Made by a program: the position numbers and the translations under genes
In this document: in pieces, positions 23,304 to 35,280 of the stretch
Layout of the letters: the number at the start of each line of letters is the position of its first letter
Position numbering within the stretch: the stretch's first letter is position 1
From: Octopus vulgaris
Taxonomy: Eukaryota
Direction of reading: 5' to 3'
Length of the DNA stretch: 64,000 nt
NCBI GenBank assembly: GCA_951406725.2
Contig: OX597837.1
Coordinates: forward strand, 4,340,001 to 4,404,000
The notes under the pieces: model-generated
What the model was told of the DNA's origin: nothing
Database searches by the model: none
What the model saw: the letters and a program-made list of their open reading frames with translations, nothing else

Positions 23304-25474
23304 TTTATCTTTAAGAAGAACAATGTTTTAGAGAAGCGAAAGCCGGCGGGCGCTTTTTGTCTTCTCCCATCCTTATCATCTTTCTTTCATTATCATTCAC
23401 TTCATTAATGTCCTCGTCCAGTCCGCAAAGCTAACTTAATCTGTGTACTGCCTTTATGGCAAATGTTTTGAAATAAAGTAGCTTGTTTACCAACCACATG
23501 GTTCCGTGTTCAGTCCCACTGCGTGGTACCTTGGGCAAGTGTCTTCTACTATAGCCGCAGGCCGACCAAAGCCTTGTGAGTGGATTTGGTAGACGGAAAC
23601 TGAAAAGAAGCCCGTCGTATATATGTATATATATATATGCGCGTGTGTGTTTGTGTGTCTGTGTTTGTCCGCCTAGCATTGCTTGACAACCGATGCTGGT
23701 GTGTTTATGTCCCCGTTACTTAGCGGTTCGGCAAAAGAGACCGATAGAATAAGTACTGGGCTTACAAAGAATAAGTCCCGGGGTCGAGTTGCTCGATTAA
23801 ATGCGGTGCTCCAGCATAGGCGCAGTCAAATGACTGAAACAAGTAAAAGAGTATAAGAGAGTTGAGAAGAAATATGCGTTTTGGTAGGTTTGTGACAATT
23901 CTGAATATGTTTATATATTATTAAGCATCTTAAGCTAAGCCTAGTTTAACACTTGTCGGCATAATATTGGTAACTGGAGAGAAAATAGGAGTTTAGTGAA
24001 TGCACACAGACTGGCGTGATAAATTTAAAAAAGTGACGGAGGAAAATTCTCAAGTGTTTCTATGGCATAGAAAAGTAGTTTTAAATTGGCTGCTAACACA
24101 TTTGATTTGGAGACAAAAGTAATTTTTTATTAATATGAATGACCCAGTTAAAAGAAACGAGGAAAAGAATTACATTATCAATCCTGATCACGAAAAGTAG
24201 GAGGGGTAACTTCAGCATTTAAGTTAATTAATTTTAATTTAATATAGAAAGCAATGATAAATGAGAGTTTTCACCGCAGAACTCTGTTGTTAATTAGTTA
24301 AAATTACACAAATTAACATTTGCATTGAATATAATACAGTTAACTAATTCGTGATATTGCAATTAACCTTATCAATGAATTTATACTTCTTCTTAATAAG
24401 GTCTTAATAATCAATTCATTAGAATAAAACCTTGCCAAATAAAAAGGAGACCCTTAAATTACCATATTAAAGAAAATAATCCCAGGTAATGGCCTATAAT
24501 TAGGAGCTCCCTGAGATCCCAAATATCTGTAAAATTATATTTCAAGGTGTCAGCCCCAAATTTCTTGAGCAAAATTATGTATTTACATCATATTTTGCAT
24601 ACAGATGCAATTTTAAATAATCAATTTTCTCTGCTTCACTAAATTCTTTATGTTATTAATTATATATTTAATTATGTTATCATGTCCACTATTATCAATT
24701 CCATACATGCAAACGAAGTCGCTAATGATAATTCCTGCTTTAGTTAACTTACATAACTCCGTTGATCCTATCATAACTATCACAATCACGTGTAATTTCC
24801 TCAATAAATATAAGCAGTAAGTATCCAATTAAAATAAGGTGCTGTAATTATTTAATGTATGTTTATTTAGTGTACCGGGCTAAATCAAAATCCCCCAATC
24901 GATCCTGAAAAGGTGTTAGTACATACATATCCTGAAATAAACTACCATGAAATAATTATAGTTACAAGACCAGCAAGAAATAGCAACTAAATCACATACT
25001 GCCTTAAAAAGGAAGATATATATTGAATAATATCCTGATCTGAAATGATTGAACGAAGAGTGGGACGGTCGTGGTAGGAAAGCCTTTGGTTATATCTCTG
25101 CTGAATCAGGCCTCACTTTGGAGAAAAAAATCATCAAAAAGGTGAAAACAAACAAGCAACTTAAAGCTCCATGGGCTCATCAAACGAAACATGCTCGTTC
25201 GGCGTAAGTAACGGAATGGTGGGATTTCAAAATCATTCCTAGAAATGGGGATGCTATTGGTCAAAGCAGAAGATTTTAGTTACTAGCCAGAATCAAATGA
25301 AATAGCTAAATAGTAAATAAAAATATATATTAGACATTTACTCGAAAATTATCACATTTTATCATTTTGGCAATATTCAGCGCTATTCCGTGCTAAATAT
25401 TTCTTTCTTCTAGAAACAAAAGACCTGAAAAGTTTTAGGAGATAGGGATAGATGATTATATCGAACGCGTGCAC

Positions 25475-25622
25475 GCGCAGGAGTGGCTGTGTGGTAAGTA
25501 GCTTGCTTACCAGCCACATGGTTCCGGGTTCTTCTACTAGTAGTGTCTTCTACTATAGCCTCGGGCCGACCAAAGCCTTGTGAGTGGATTCGGTAGACGG
25601 AAACTGAAAGAGGTACGTTGTA

Positions 25623-25676
<54 letters not shown>

Positions 25677-25730
25677 TGGGTGTGTATGTGTGTGTCTGTG
25701 TTTGTCTCCCCAAACATCGCTTGGCAACAA
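25475..25730 (+). mobile_element. SINE family A, 5' part
   Basis: CGCAGGAGTGGCTGTGTGGTAAGTAGCTTGCTTACC; an uninterrupted version of the site split at 21222. Confidence 0.85.
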
Positions 25731-25985
25731 AGTCTGAAATTTTGTGTGGGGAGGGGGCCAGTCGATTACATCGATCCCTGTGTTCAACTGGTACTTATTT
25801 CGTCGACCCCGAAGAGATGAAATGCAAAACAGACCGCAACGGGATTGAACTAAAGATCCACGGGAAATGCCGGTATATATTTTGTCCAACGTTATCGATT
25901 TTGCCAGCACACAATTTTTGTTAAATGATATTCAGAAGAAAGAACCGTATCTTGCTGCTGGGTATTGAGTACAAAGATAAAGTGT

Positions 25986-26410
25986 GGATCTTTTCGGTTT
26001 GAACGGCAGTTTTTTCTAGCGGTATCATATGAAATTGTCACCCATAATTATGACCCTAGAATCGATCTATTGCATTTCAATGTTTTAGGTTTAGAGTTAG
26101 TTAGGGTTAGGGGTGGGGGAAGGGTATCTTTTTTTCTTCACAAATGTAAATAAACCCAATCTGTTTCTTAAACGAGGGACATATTCATACGGCACAGAAT
26201 TTTTTTTTTACTTCAATAGACGTCAGTGATTGGTTGAAATAACAGAAATTGAAGAAAAAACAACAAATATCTTACAAACTATAGAATTTTCTCAATAAAG
26301 CCAAGAGAAAAAGATGTTTTATAAATACATTTTACCAGTATACGAAGTTTTAAAGTGTTTAGTTACTTGGAAATTATTTTTAAAAACTGCCGTTCAAACC
26401 GAAGAGATCC
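25986..26410. mobile_element. 425-bp TIR element with internal TTAGGG repeats, flanked by a 91-bp direct repeat
   Basis: TIR GGATCTTTTCGGTTTGAACGGCAGTTTTT / AAAAACTGCCGTTCAAACCGAAGAGATCC; flanks 25895-25985 and 26411-26501 differ at 3 positions. Confidence 0.85.
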
Positions 26411-27360
26411 TCGATTTTGCCAGCACACAATTTTTGTTAAATGATATTCAGAAGAAAGAACCGTATCTTGTTGCTGGGTATAGAGTGCAAAGATAAAGTG
26501 TAAATTTGGCATAAATAAGTGGTTTCATGATAAGGATAAAATATCTGAAGAAACGTTTTGTGCTGAGAAGAAATGACCCATTGCAAATCAAATTCTACCG
26601 ACGCAGATTCTTCGTATTTATTGAAATGTTGACAGATGACGTTTCTACTGGGAGTTTAATAATTCAAATAAAGTACTTTGTTTTTGATAGGAAGAATATC
26701 TTAGAAATGCGAAAAAAGACAACGGAAAGCAAAGAAGCAAACAGAATATTTGATTTAAGGGAAAGATACAGGAACTAAATTACTTTATATGCGTTATACA
26801 GTTTTTCAGAGCATAAAACCTCTCAGAGATATTCTGTTGCTCTGTTTCTTTTTGTAATGTGGCAAATATAAAAACATATGTATAGGAAATATGGCACCAT
26901 ACATACTGCAAGATATTCGTGGAATAGGAAAATTACATTAATAAAATAAGTCATTATTAACTTCACTTTATTTCAGCAATGTATTTGAGAGGAGAGCTGG
27001 TTGTTAAACAATTCTGTCTTTCTTCTTTTATAAATATCAGATTTCGTTCCTATGTAAGAAATCAATGCTAACAAATAGAGTTTTGCTTCGTGCTGCATGT
27101 ATTTGCGTTATTAGTTACGCCGAGCGATTTCAAGTGTTCTCAGAGGAGAATCGTAATTTGCTTCTTGCCTACAAACATAAAATGGGAATGCACGTGCCGC
27201 TTACATGTCTAACATTCGCTGCGTTGTCATACGAAAGAAATCTATTTTCCCACAAGACTGAGCTGATTCTTATCTATCTATTCATCTCTCTCCATATATA
27301 TATATATATATATATATATCCCCCTTCTCTCTCTTTATCTATTTATCTCTCTCTCTCTCT

Positions 27361-27396
<36 letters not shown>

Positions 27397-27418
27397 CTAT
27401 CAATCAATCAATCAATCA

Positions 27419-27584
<166 letters not shown>

Positions 27585-27760
27585 GGACGTGCTGTCACTT
27601 CGGCTCCGAAGGTAATCGTTTATTTTGACTATTTATAGCCCATATTTTGTGTACATTTTTGCAAATAAGGTGTGTAAGGCACCCAACTTTCGTTTGAGTG
27701 CTTTTCCAAGGGAGTTTCAACCCCATTTCATTTCTGTAATTTTCTTCTCGACATTAGAAA

Positions 27761-29954
27761 ATGTCGAGATATTTTATTGTAGAACGCTGGTCGCGTTCCT
27801 TTATGGACCAGCATTTTCCTAGTTTGGAAACGCTAGGAGAAGAAAAAAAGAACTCATGCACGCAAAGTGCAAATCTAAATGACGTGGCAGTGAACGCTGC
27901 AACCACTTGCGATAACAACACTGTCACCACCACCACTAACAACAACAACAACAAGACTACTACTGCTACCACCACCGCCTCCACCACCACCACCACCGCC
28001 ACCTCATCCACTACCTCAACTAACAACAACAATAACAATGACAACAAGAATAACAACATTTGCGCCACCATTTCGACATCTGCTGCCACGGCTGTCTCTT
28101 CTGCCACTGACACCACCGCCAACAACAATAACAACAACAACAATTCCGTTCAGACCTTGTTTCATCCAACAACAAGAACTGAAGGGAATAAACAAAAGAC
28201 TGTGACCACCAAACAAATTGACAAAAGCTGCTCGAATGCAGGGATAAACTATGCAAGTAATTTTCCACCCCTTCCTACTTGCACAATCAAACCAAATACA
28301 CCGATTTTACCAACTGCAGCCAACAACAACATCACCACCAGCAACAACAATAACAAAACAACAACAAATTTCGCCGAGGCGATAAAAGAAAAAAAGACAA
28401 CAGTATATTTTACTGCACAACAAATAAAAGATACGAACATTTTAATAACGGAAGTAGATGGTATAGTAAAAATAAACATACCACAAGAAATATTAGAAGA
28501 TGAAAAGAAAAGAACAATTATATATAAAATAATTAATAAGAAAACAAAAAGTCCAGAGAAGGCTAACACAAGCAAAATCGAAAAATGCTTGAAACCCATC
28601 TGGAACTACAAAGAGTATGTGACCTGGTGGAACAAGTTCGCACACATACAAGTGGTCTTCCACACTGAAGAGTTAGCAAGACGTTTCTCAACGCTAACTC
28701 TTCATTCAGATGAACTTCAACTAACACCAAGCTATCGTGGACAGAAAGTGACTAAGATCACTTTAAACAATGTCCCAAAAATAGCTAACAATCTATGGCT
28801 AGTAAAGGCCTTATGTGTGAAAATGGAAGATTTCACAATTTTAGAAACTACGGTCACGGAGCACAAAAACTGGGTGGGAAAAAAGTAGAATTTCTACTAC
28901 ATATAAACCAAGAGGACATAAAGAAAATACCCACCCAGATATGTGTATCAGAAGACCACAAGTTGTATGTGGTCGTCGATGGCAGAAGACCACGTTGCTA
29001 CATATGCGGCAGTGAGCAACACCTAAAAAAAGACTGCAAATATGCCGCAAGAAAACAACAGCAACAACAACAGCAGCCGGAAAAAACAAATAAACCAGCT
29101 TTACTACCCACACCACGTTTTGCACGAACAGGACTAATCACAGAAAATCAACAAAAAACAAACCTCACCAACCAAACATCCACACCAACCGCAGCAAGAA
29201 CAGAAGCAACACCAACAACAACAACAACCAAGAATAAACCAACTCCCAAACCAAGGGCATCTGCCAAAAAGACACTCATCGAAAATGAAGAAACAATTAC
29301 TAGTCCAAATCCCCACAAAATTGACACCCCAAACAACACAACAATACCTACAATCACTCAAACACAAAATACCCACACCCCACCTCCAAAACCGCATACA
29401 CCACAACCTAACGCTCACCAACCAACACCAACAACACAGTCTACAATAGACCCCAATATTTTCCCTGTCCCAAGCTCTGATTTCTCTGATTTGTCATTAG
29501 ACGAAGAAGACACAGAAGATTGGCAAATAGCCACAGGGGGGAGAAGAAAAAGGGGAAAAAAAGAAAAGAAAATATAACAAACAAAGCAGGAAGATTCACC
29601 ACTCCCGAAACAAAAACATCCACAGAAAACAAACACATCAACACAAACACACCATCATGAAACCCCCCAACAATGTTGACAGCCATAAACACAAACAACC
29701 ACGACCTAATGGAACACATTAGGTCAAACACCAACATAACTGAAAACGACATAAAAACAAATAACCACCCACGCACAACACCACCACAACACATTAAAAT
29801 AATACACGTAACACAGAACACATACAGCACCCTGAAATCTCTTTACCCTGATGCAGTAGGGAGATTTCAAAAGTATTCATCAAAGAAACTATACAAAAAC
29901 CTCATGGAAGAAGACTGTGAGGTGAAAAACAAAAGACTTTCGAACAACAAGTAA
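27761..29954 (+). pseudogene. Tx1 ORF1 (Thr/Asn-rich N-terminus, RRM-like region, CCHC knuckle), broken by two -1 shifts and one TGA
   Basis: ORFs 27761-28888, 28795-29577 (GRRPR-CYICGSEQHLKKDC) and 29673-29954; shifts at about 28880 and 29555; TGA at 29658. Confidence 0.85.
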
Positions 29955-30022
29955 CCTTTTCTCTCTCTCTTTCCTATTTTGCACTTTCTTTTCGTGTGTA
30001 AAACACAATTTTTTATCGGAAC

Positions 30023-33000
30023 ATGCTCAGAATAGGCAGTATAAATGTACGTGGCTTGGGGTCGCCTTGGAAACAAGGCTACCTGTTAAATGACATCAAG
30101 TCACTAAATCTGAATATCATAGCCATCAGTGAGACCAGACTCCACAGCTCGCGGGCACTCCGGCACAGTTTCGGTACACATTTCAACATTTATTTTTCTC
30201 CGTGTCTACCGAGAATGGGCGGAGGTGGCACCGCGGTGCTTCTCCGGAAGAGTCTGGATCTCAAAGTAAGAGCAATTTTCCTAGACCCGGAGGGTAGGCT
30301 GGTCGTTTTGGATGTCGATGGCAGCAATGAGTGTGCTTTTCGACTGATAGCAGTTTATGCTCCGTCCTTAACAGGCCGACCAGATTTCTTTCGACGTCTA
30401 GAGTCTTTCATGGGAACGTCTCGTCCTTTACTTTTAGTGGGGGATTGGAATGCCACCCTGGACACGCATCTAGACTACGTGGGCAGAGATAGCAATAGAA
30501 GGGGATGCAAATGCCTCAAAGACCTGCTCAGACGTTTCCAACTGTCTGACAGGTACCGACTGGACCACCCGAATGTGCCAATGTGGACATGGAGTAACCG
30601 CATCGGGTCGTCCAGATCATACTTAGATAGAGTATTCTGTAGGACAATAGATAAAAATAGTGTAGGTTGTCCACAATTTCATATAGTCAGTTACACAGAT
30701 CACAAGTTTGTGACTTGTACACTTGACTTAGATAAGACACATAGGCAGGGTCCTGGTTACTGAAAACTGAACGCGTCTTTTACAGCACGACAGGTTTACA
30801 GGGACCGGATCAGCACATTAGTTAAGAGAGCTTTGACGGGTACCATCATCAACAACAGATGGTGGTATGCCCTAAAAAAAGCAATTAAAGTAGAATCAGT
30901 CAGATACAGTAAAGCCCTAGCATTAGACCGAAATAGAATAGAGGGAGAATTAGTTAAGGTTTTAGAAGAGGCACTTAGAACTGGCATCGCGTCCAACGTG
31001 CTGGCGGCGAGATTGGCCCTCGACCAACACCTCAACGCCAAACACGAGGGATGCGTTGTCAGAGCTAGGATGCGTGCTCTGAGGAACGAAGGAGTTGGAG
31101 CCGCCCAAGAGGCCCGAGTGGTGGAGACGCAACGAGGCAACAGAGCCACCATCAAGTCTCTTATAGATGAACAGGGGCGCGAATTGCTCGAGCCTAAAAG
31201 GATGTGTGGGGCTTTTCAACAACACTTCACCCAACTGTTTGGGACAAGTGGTGGGTCAGAACGCAGAGTGGACTTTAGTGCCTGCCTTGCTACGACTCTC
31301 AGCAAGAGAGGTGGAGTCTTGTGAAAGGCCTATCACAGCTGCGGACGTACAGGATGCGATGGTAGGCTGCGCGAGAGTATTATAAAACGGGAGTATTCCT
31401 GCTTTTGTAAAGCGAGGAGCAGTAGCACTGATTAAGAAAGACCCAAACAAGGGGGACGTCATAGATAATTTCAGGCCCATCACTCTCCTCAATGCAGATT
31501 TGAAAATTTTGGCCAAGGTGTTAGCCGAGAGGTTGGCGCTTGTCATCAAGAAACTAATCGACAAGGCGCAAACATGCGCCGTGCCGGGTAGAAGTATTCA
31601 TGACAACCTCCATCTGATGCGCTACATCATAGACAGGGTAGTTAAGAATCCTGGCATGGGTGGGGCGCTGATCAATTTGGATCAATCAAAAGCTTTCGAT
31701 AGGGTAGACCATCACTACTTGGAGGCTGTCCTTAAAGCGTCTGGTTTCGGTCCAGTTTTCCGCGGTTGGATCGCTGCCTTATACAGCGGCATCCGCTCAG
31801 TAGTTCGCGTAAATGGTCATCTATCCAGACCTTTTAACATCATGCGTTCGGTTCGTCAGGGATGCCCCCTCTCATCGCTCCTGTATGTATTGACTCTTGA
31901 GCCACTACTGCGGAAACTGGCGACGCTGAGGGGCATCCAACGAGAGCTGGGATGCGGGAGGAGCGTGTCTGCATACGCGGATGACGTCACCGTCATAGTG
32001 TCGAGCTACAAGCACATCGAACTGGTCGGCGAGACACTAAAAGAATACGAAGCGGTAACGGGAGCAAAAATTAACCGGGAAAAGTCAGTGGGCTTGCGGC
32101 TCGGTACCTGGAGAAGCAGGCCCATGCCGTCCAACAGCGACTCCATCGTGGGACGCTGGACGGACGGACCGGTTAAATTGCTCGGGGCCTGGTTCGGTCC
32201 GGACCTCTAAATGGAGAAGAACTGGGGCGAGATAACGACTAGGGTGGCTACTCTCACCCAGAAATGGACTGAGAGAAAGCTATCCCTAAAACGTCGGGCG
32301 GGGGTGGCGAACGCGTACATCGCATCCGCCATCGAGTATCGTCTGACCGTCGTGCCTTGTCCCGACCCTACCATCACCAAACTGGAACGTATACTCTTCC
32401 GCTTCTTGTGGAAGGGAAACGTTCCGATGGTTAGGCGATCCATTTGCTGTCAACACCCGCTAAATGGAGGGCTGGGCATGCCGTGGTTGATGATGCGCAG
32501 ACATGCGCTGAGACTGCGACATCTCCGGCGCTTCATAGACAACGGTGAACAGGTGTGGTCGCCTTTTGTGCGGCGCGCTTTCCCGCAGCTCGTCTCCTTG
32601 GACGAACTACAGTCATGGATCAAGCAGAGGCCGAGGCTAGGCGAATGGCACCGCGAGTGTCGCGTTGCTCTCAAGCAACTCTGCCGTCCGGGATCGAACT
32701 TGTGCGACTCCATCACAACAAAGGCATTCTATAGAGGATTAGTGGAAGGGAGGTGCGACGACGAACTCGGACAGAGTCTGGGCGTCGACGAGGAACACCT
32801 GACCCGCCTGTTCAGGACAACTTTCGGACCGGGACCTATGAACAATCACCAAATATCCCTGGCCTGGTAGTGCTATCGAGAAGCATTACCTGTTCGGGAT
32901 AAGCTCTACAGACACGGTTCCAGACACACTGGACCGATTTGCCCGAGATGCGGTCAGAGCGACGAAACCGTTCTGCACGCACTCGTGCAATGTCCAACCA

Positions 33001-33358
33001 TTTCAGACCTGTGGGCTTATGCCGAGCGGCTGCTGACACGTGTGGGACGAATCCGCCTATCGGCCGAGTCTATCGTGAGAATTGCTCCGCCCCCTTCCTT
33101 CAACCGGGAAGGCAAGGCAGTTTTCATCGTACTGGTGGCCATGGTGAAAGAATGTGTGTGGTGGACCCGAGCGAAAGGATTAGAGACAAACACTTACCTC
33201 TCTGGCCAATCGCTCATCAACTTTTTCAAGTACCACTTGAAAAGGAAGGTGAGAATGGAGAGGGAAGTTTTGTCTCGCGAAAGATTAAAAAAAGACGGGT
33301 GAATGTTGCAAAGATGGTGCGTGCGAGTGACGAAACCATTTTGAGCATGATCCTGTAG
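30023..33358 (+). pseudogene. Tx1 ORF2: AP endonuclease, reverse transcriptase, C-terminal zinc finger
   Basis: SINVRGL, ISET, VYAP, GDWN, SYLDRV, TDH (APE); FRPITLLNAD, LDQSKAFDRVDH, VRQGCPLS, YADD (RT); CPRCGQSDETVLHALVQC; stops at 30761, 32208 and 32868, frameshifts, and an apparent deletion near 31375. Confidence 0.95.
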
Positions 33359-33655
33359 ATCGTAAAAAAGAAAGAAAGAGAGCATTTTGATCTCATGTGG
33401 TTATTTCCTCCCTGACTGAGGTTCCCGTGGTCTTTTCTGTAGGCTTTTCTTCCCACGGATGAACCCAATCTTGTTTTATCAATGTTTTTATCATTATTTC
33501 TGTGATACACGATTTCTTTTCTTTTTTTCCTCCTCTCGATCCCTTTTGATCGCAATCTTACATTTATTTTCTTTTTTTTCCACCCTCGAAAAGAAAAGCT
33601 CTGCATTTGTATTTGTCCCCTCTGTATTCAGCCCTGTGTGGCTAATAAAAGAAAG

Positions 33656-33708
<53 letters not shown>

Positions 33709-33712
33709 AACA

Positions 33713-33774
<62 letters not shown>

Positions 33775-33804
33775 CATATCTATCTATCTATCTATCTACA
33801 TATC

Positions 33805-33850
<46 letters not shown>

Positions 33851-33856
33851 CATATC

Positions 33857-33887
<31 letters not shown>

Positions 33888-33958
33888 TTATCTATCTATT
33901 TATCTATCTATTTATCTATCTATCAATCTATCTATCAATCTATTTATCAATCTATCTA

Positions 33959-33995
<37 letters not shown>

Positions 33996-34338
33996 ATCTA
34001 TCTATCTATGCGCCTACACACTTTATATTATACTATCTATATGATATCATATATTATATTTGATTATATTGAACAGCGAGTAGGAAATTGGCAGGACTAA
34101 AAGAGCAGCGAGCAAAATATGATGCAGTATTCAGGTAAGTATCTATCCGTTTTGGGATCGAACCTCGACCAAGTCAATTTTGCTGTTCACTCCACAGAAG
34201 TCGATGAAATAAAATACAAATCAAATATTGAAGTAGATTGAAATCGAATATGCCTTTCCCTTAAATAGCAAGTGTTGTACGGATGCTAGAAATCTTATTT
34301 TGAGCGTGGACAACGGATAGCAGAATCTGTACAGCCCC

Positions 34339-34939
34339 AAAGGCGGAGAGCTGGCAGAAACGTTAGCACGCTGGGCGAAATGCTGAGCGGTATTTCGTCT
34401 GCGTTACGTTGTGAGTTCAAATTCCGCCGAGGTCGACTTTGCCTTTCATCCTTTCGGGGTCGATAAATTAAGTACCAGTTACACACTGGGGTCGATGTAA
34501 TCGACTTAATACCTATGTCTGTCCTTGTTTGTCCCCTCTGTGTTTAGCCCCTTGTGGGTAATAAAGAAATAGGTATTTCGTCTGCCGCTACGTTCTGAGG
34601 TCAAATTCCGCCGAGGTCGAATTTGCCTTTCATCTTTTCGGGGTCGATAAATTAAGTACTAGTTACGCACTGGGGTCGATGTAATCAACTTAATCCGTTT
34701 GTCTGTCTTTGTTTGTCTTCTCTGTGTTTAGCCCCTTGTGGGTAGTAAAGAAATAGGTATTTCGTCTGCCGTTACGTTCTGAGTTCAAATTCCACCGAGG
34801 TCGGCTTTTCCTTTCATCCTTTCGGGGTCGATAAATTAAGTGCTAGTTACGCATTGGGGTGGATGTAATCGACTTAATTCCTTTGTCTGTCCTTGTTTGT
34901 CCCCTCTCTGTTTAGCCCCTTGTGGGCAATATAGAAATA
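34339..34939 (+). mobile_element. Trimer of SINE family B with Tx1-type tails, single flanking TSD
   Basis: Units joined as tail AAAGAAAT|AGGTATTTCGTCTG at about 34571 and 34755; TSD AGAATCTGTACAGC at 34322 and 34940. Confidence 0.9.
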
Positions 34940-35064
34940 AGAATCTGTACAGCGCCGCGCATAATGTATTGATCTACGAAATTTTACGTTACCAGTTCAA
35001 ATCTCGCATTGACCTACTTTACCTCTCAGTCCTCCAGGGTCGATAAGCTAGTGGCTAAGTCAGA

Positions 35065-35280
35065 GTGGTGGGCTGGTAGAATCGTCAGCACACGAGACAC
35101 AATGCTTTGCGACGTTTCTTCCAGCTTTACGTTCTGAGTTCAAATCATACCGGGGTCAAGTTTGCCCTTCAACCCGTTTTAGGGCCAATAAAAAGTAAGT
35201 ACCAGTTGAGCACTTGGGGGTCGATATAGTCGACAAACATTCTTCTCCAGAATTTCAGGCCTTGTGCAAATAGTTGAAAA
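35065..35280 (+). mobile_element. Diverged SINE family B
   Basis: GTTCTGAGTTCAAAT..AAGTACCAGTTG..GGCCTTGTGC. Confidence 0.65.

Larger units (their letters stand above)
21223..23475 (+). mobile_element. ORF1-only (HAL1-like) non-autonomous non-LTR element
   Basis: ~700-bp 5' UTR, ORF1, 3' UTR ending in AATAAA, 15-bp TSD with 13/15 match; no EN or RT sequence. Confidence 0.8.
21186..23852 (+). mobile_element. SINE family A split by a 2.25-kb insertion (5' part 21186-21222, 3' part 23476-23852)
   Basis: The two halves join into a complete A copy; the overlap AAGTAGCTTGYTWAC is duplicated. Confidence 0.9.
27585..33655 (+). mobile_element. Near full-length degenerate L1/Tx1-clade non-LTR retrotransposon in (ATCT)n
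   Basis: ORF1, ORF2 (APE-RT-zinc finger) and 3' end GCCCTGTGTGGCTAATAAAAGAAAG; (ATCT)n on both flanks. Confidence 0.95.

Noticed and set aside
26084-26118. Telomere or interstitial telomeric array
   Set aside because: Only two perfect TTAGGG units, internal to a TIR element.
33459-34100. 213-aa ORF and the many similar IYLS/YI/CV ORFs across the window
   Set aside because: Products of (ATCT)n, (TA)n and (TG)n microsatellites.
34339-34939. CRISPR-like or satellite array
   Set aside because: The units are SINE B bodies with no unique spacers, in a eukaryotic context.
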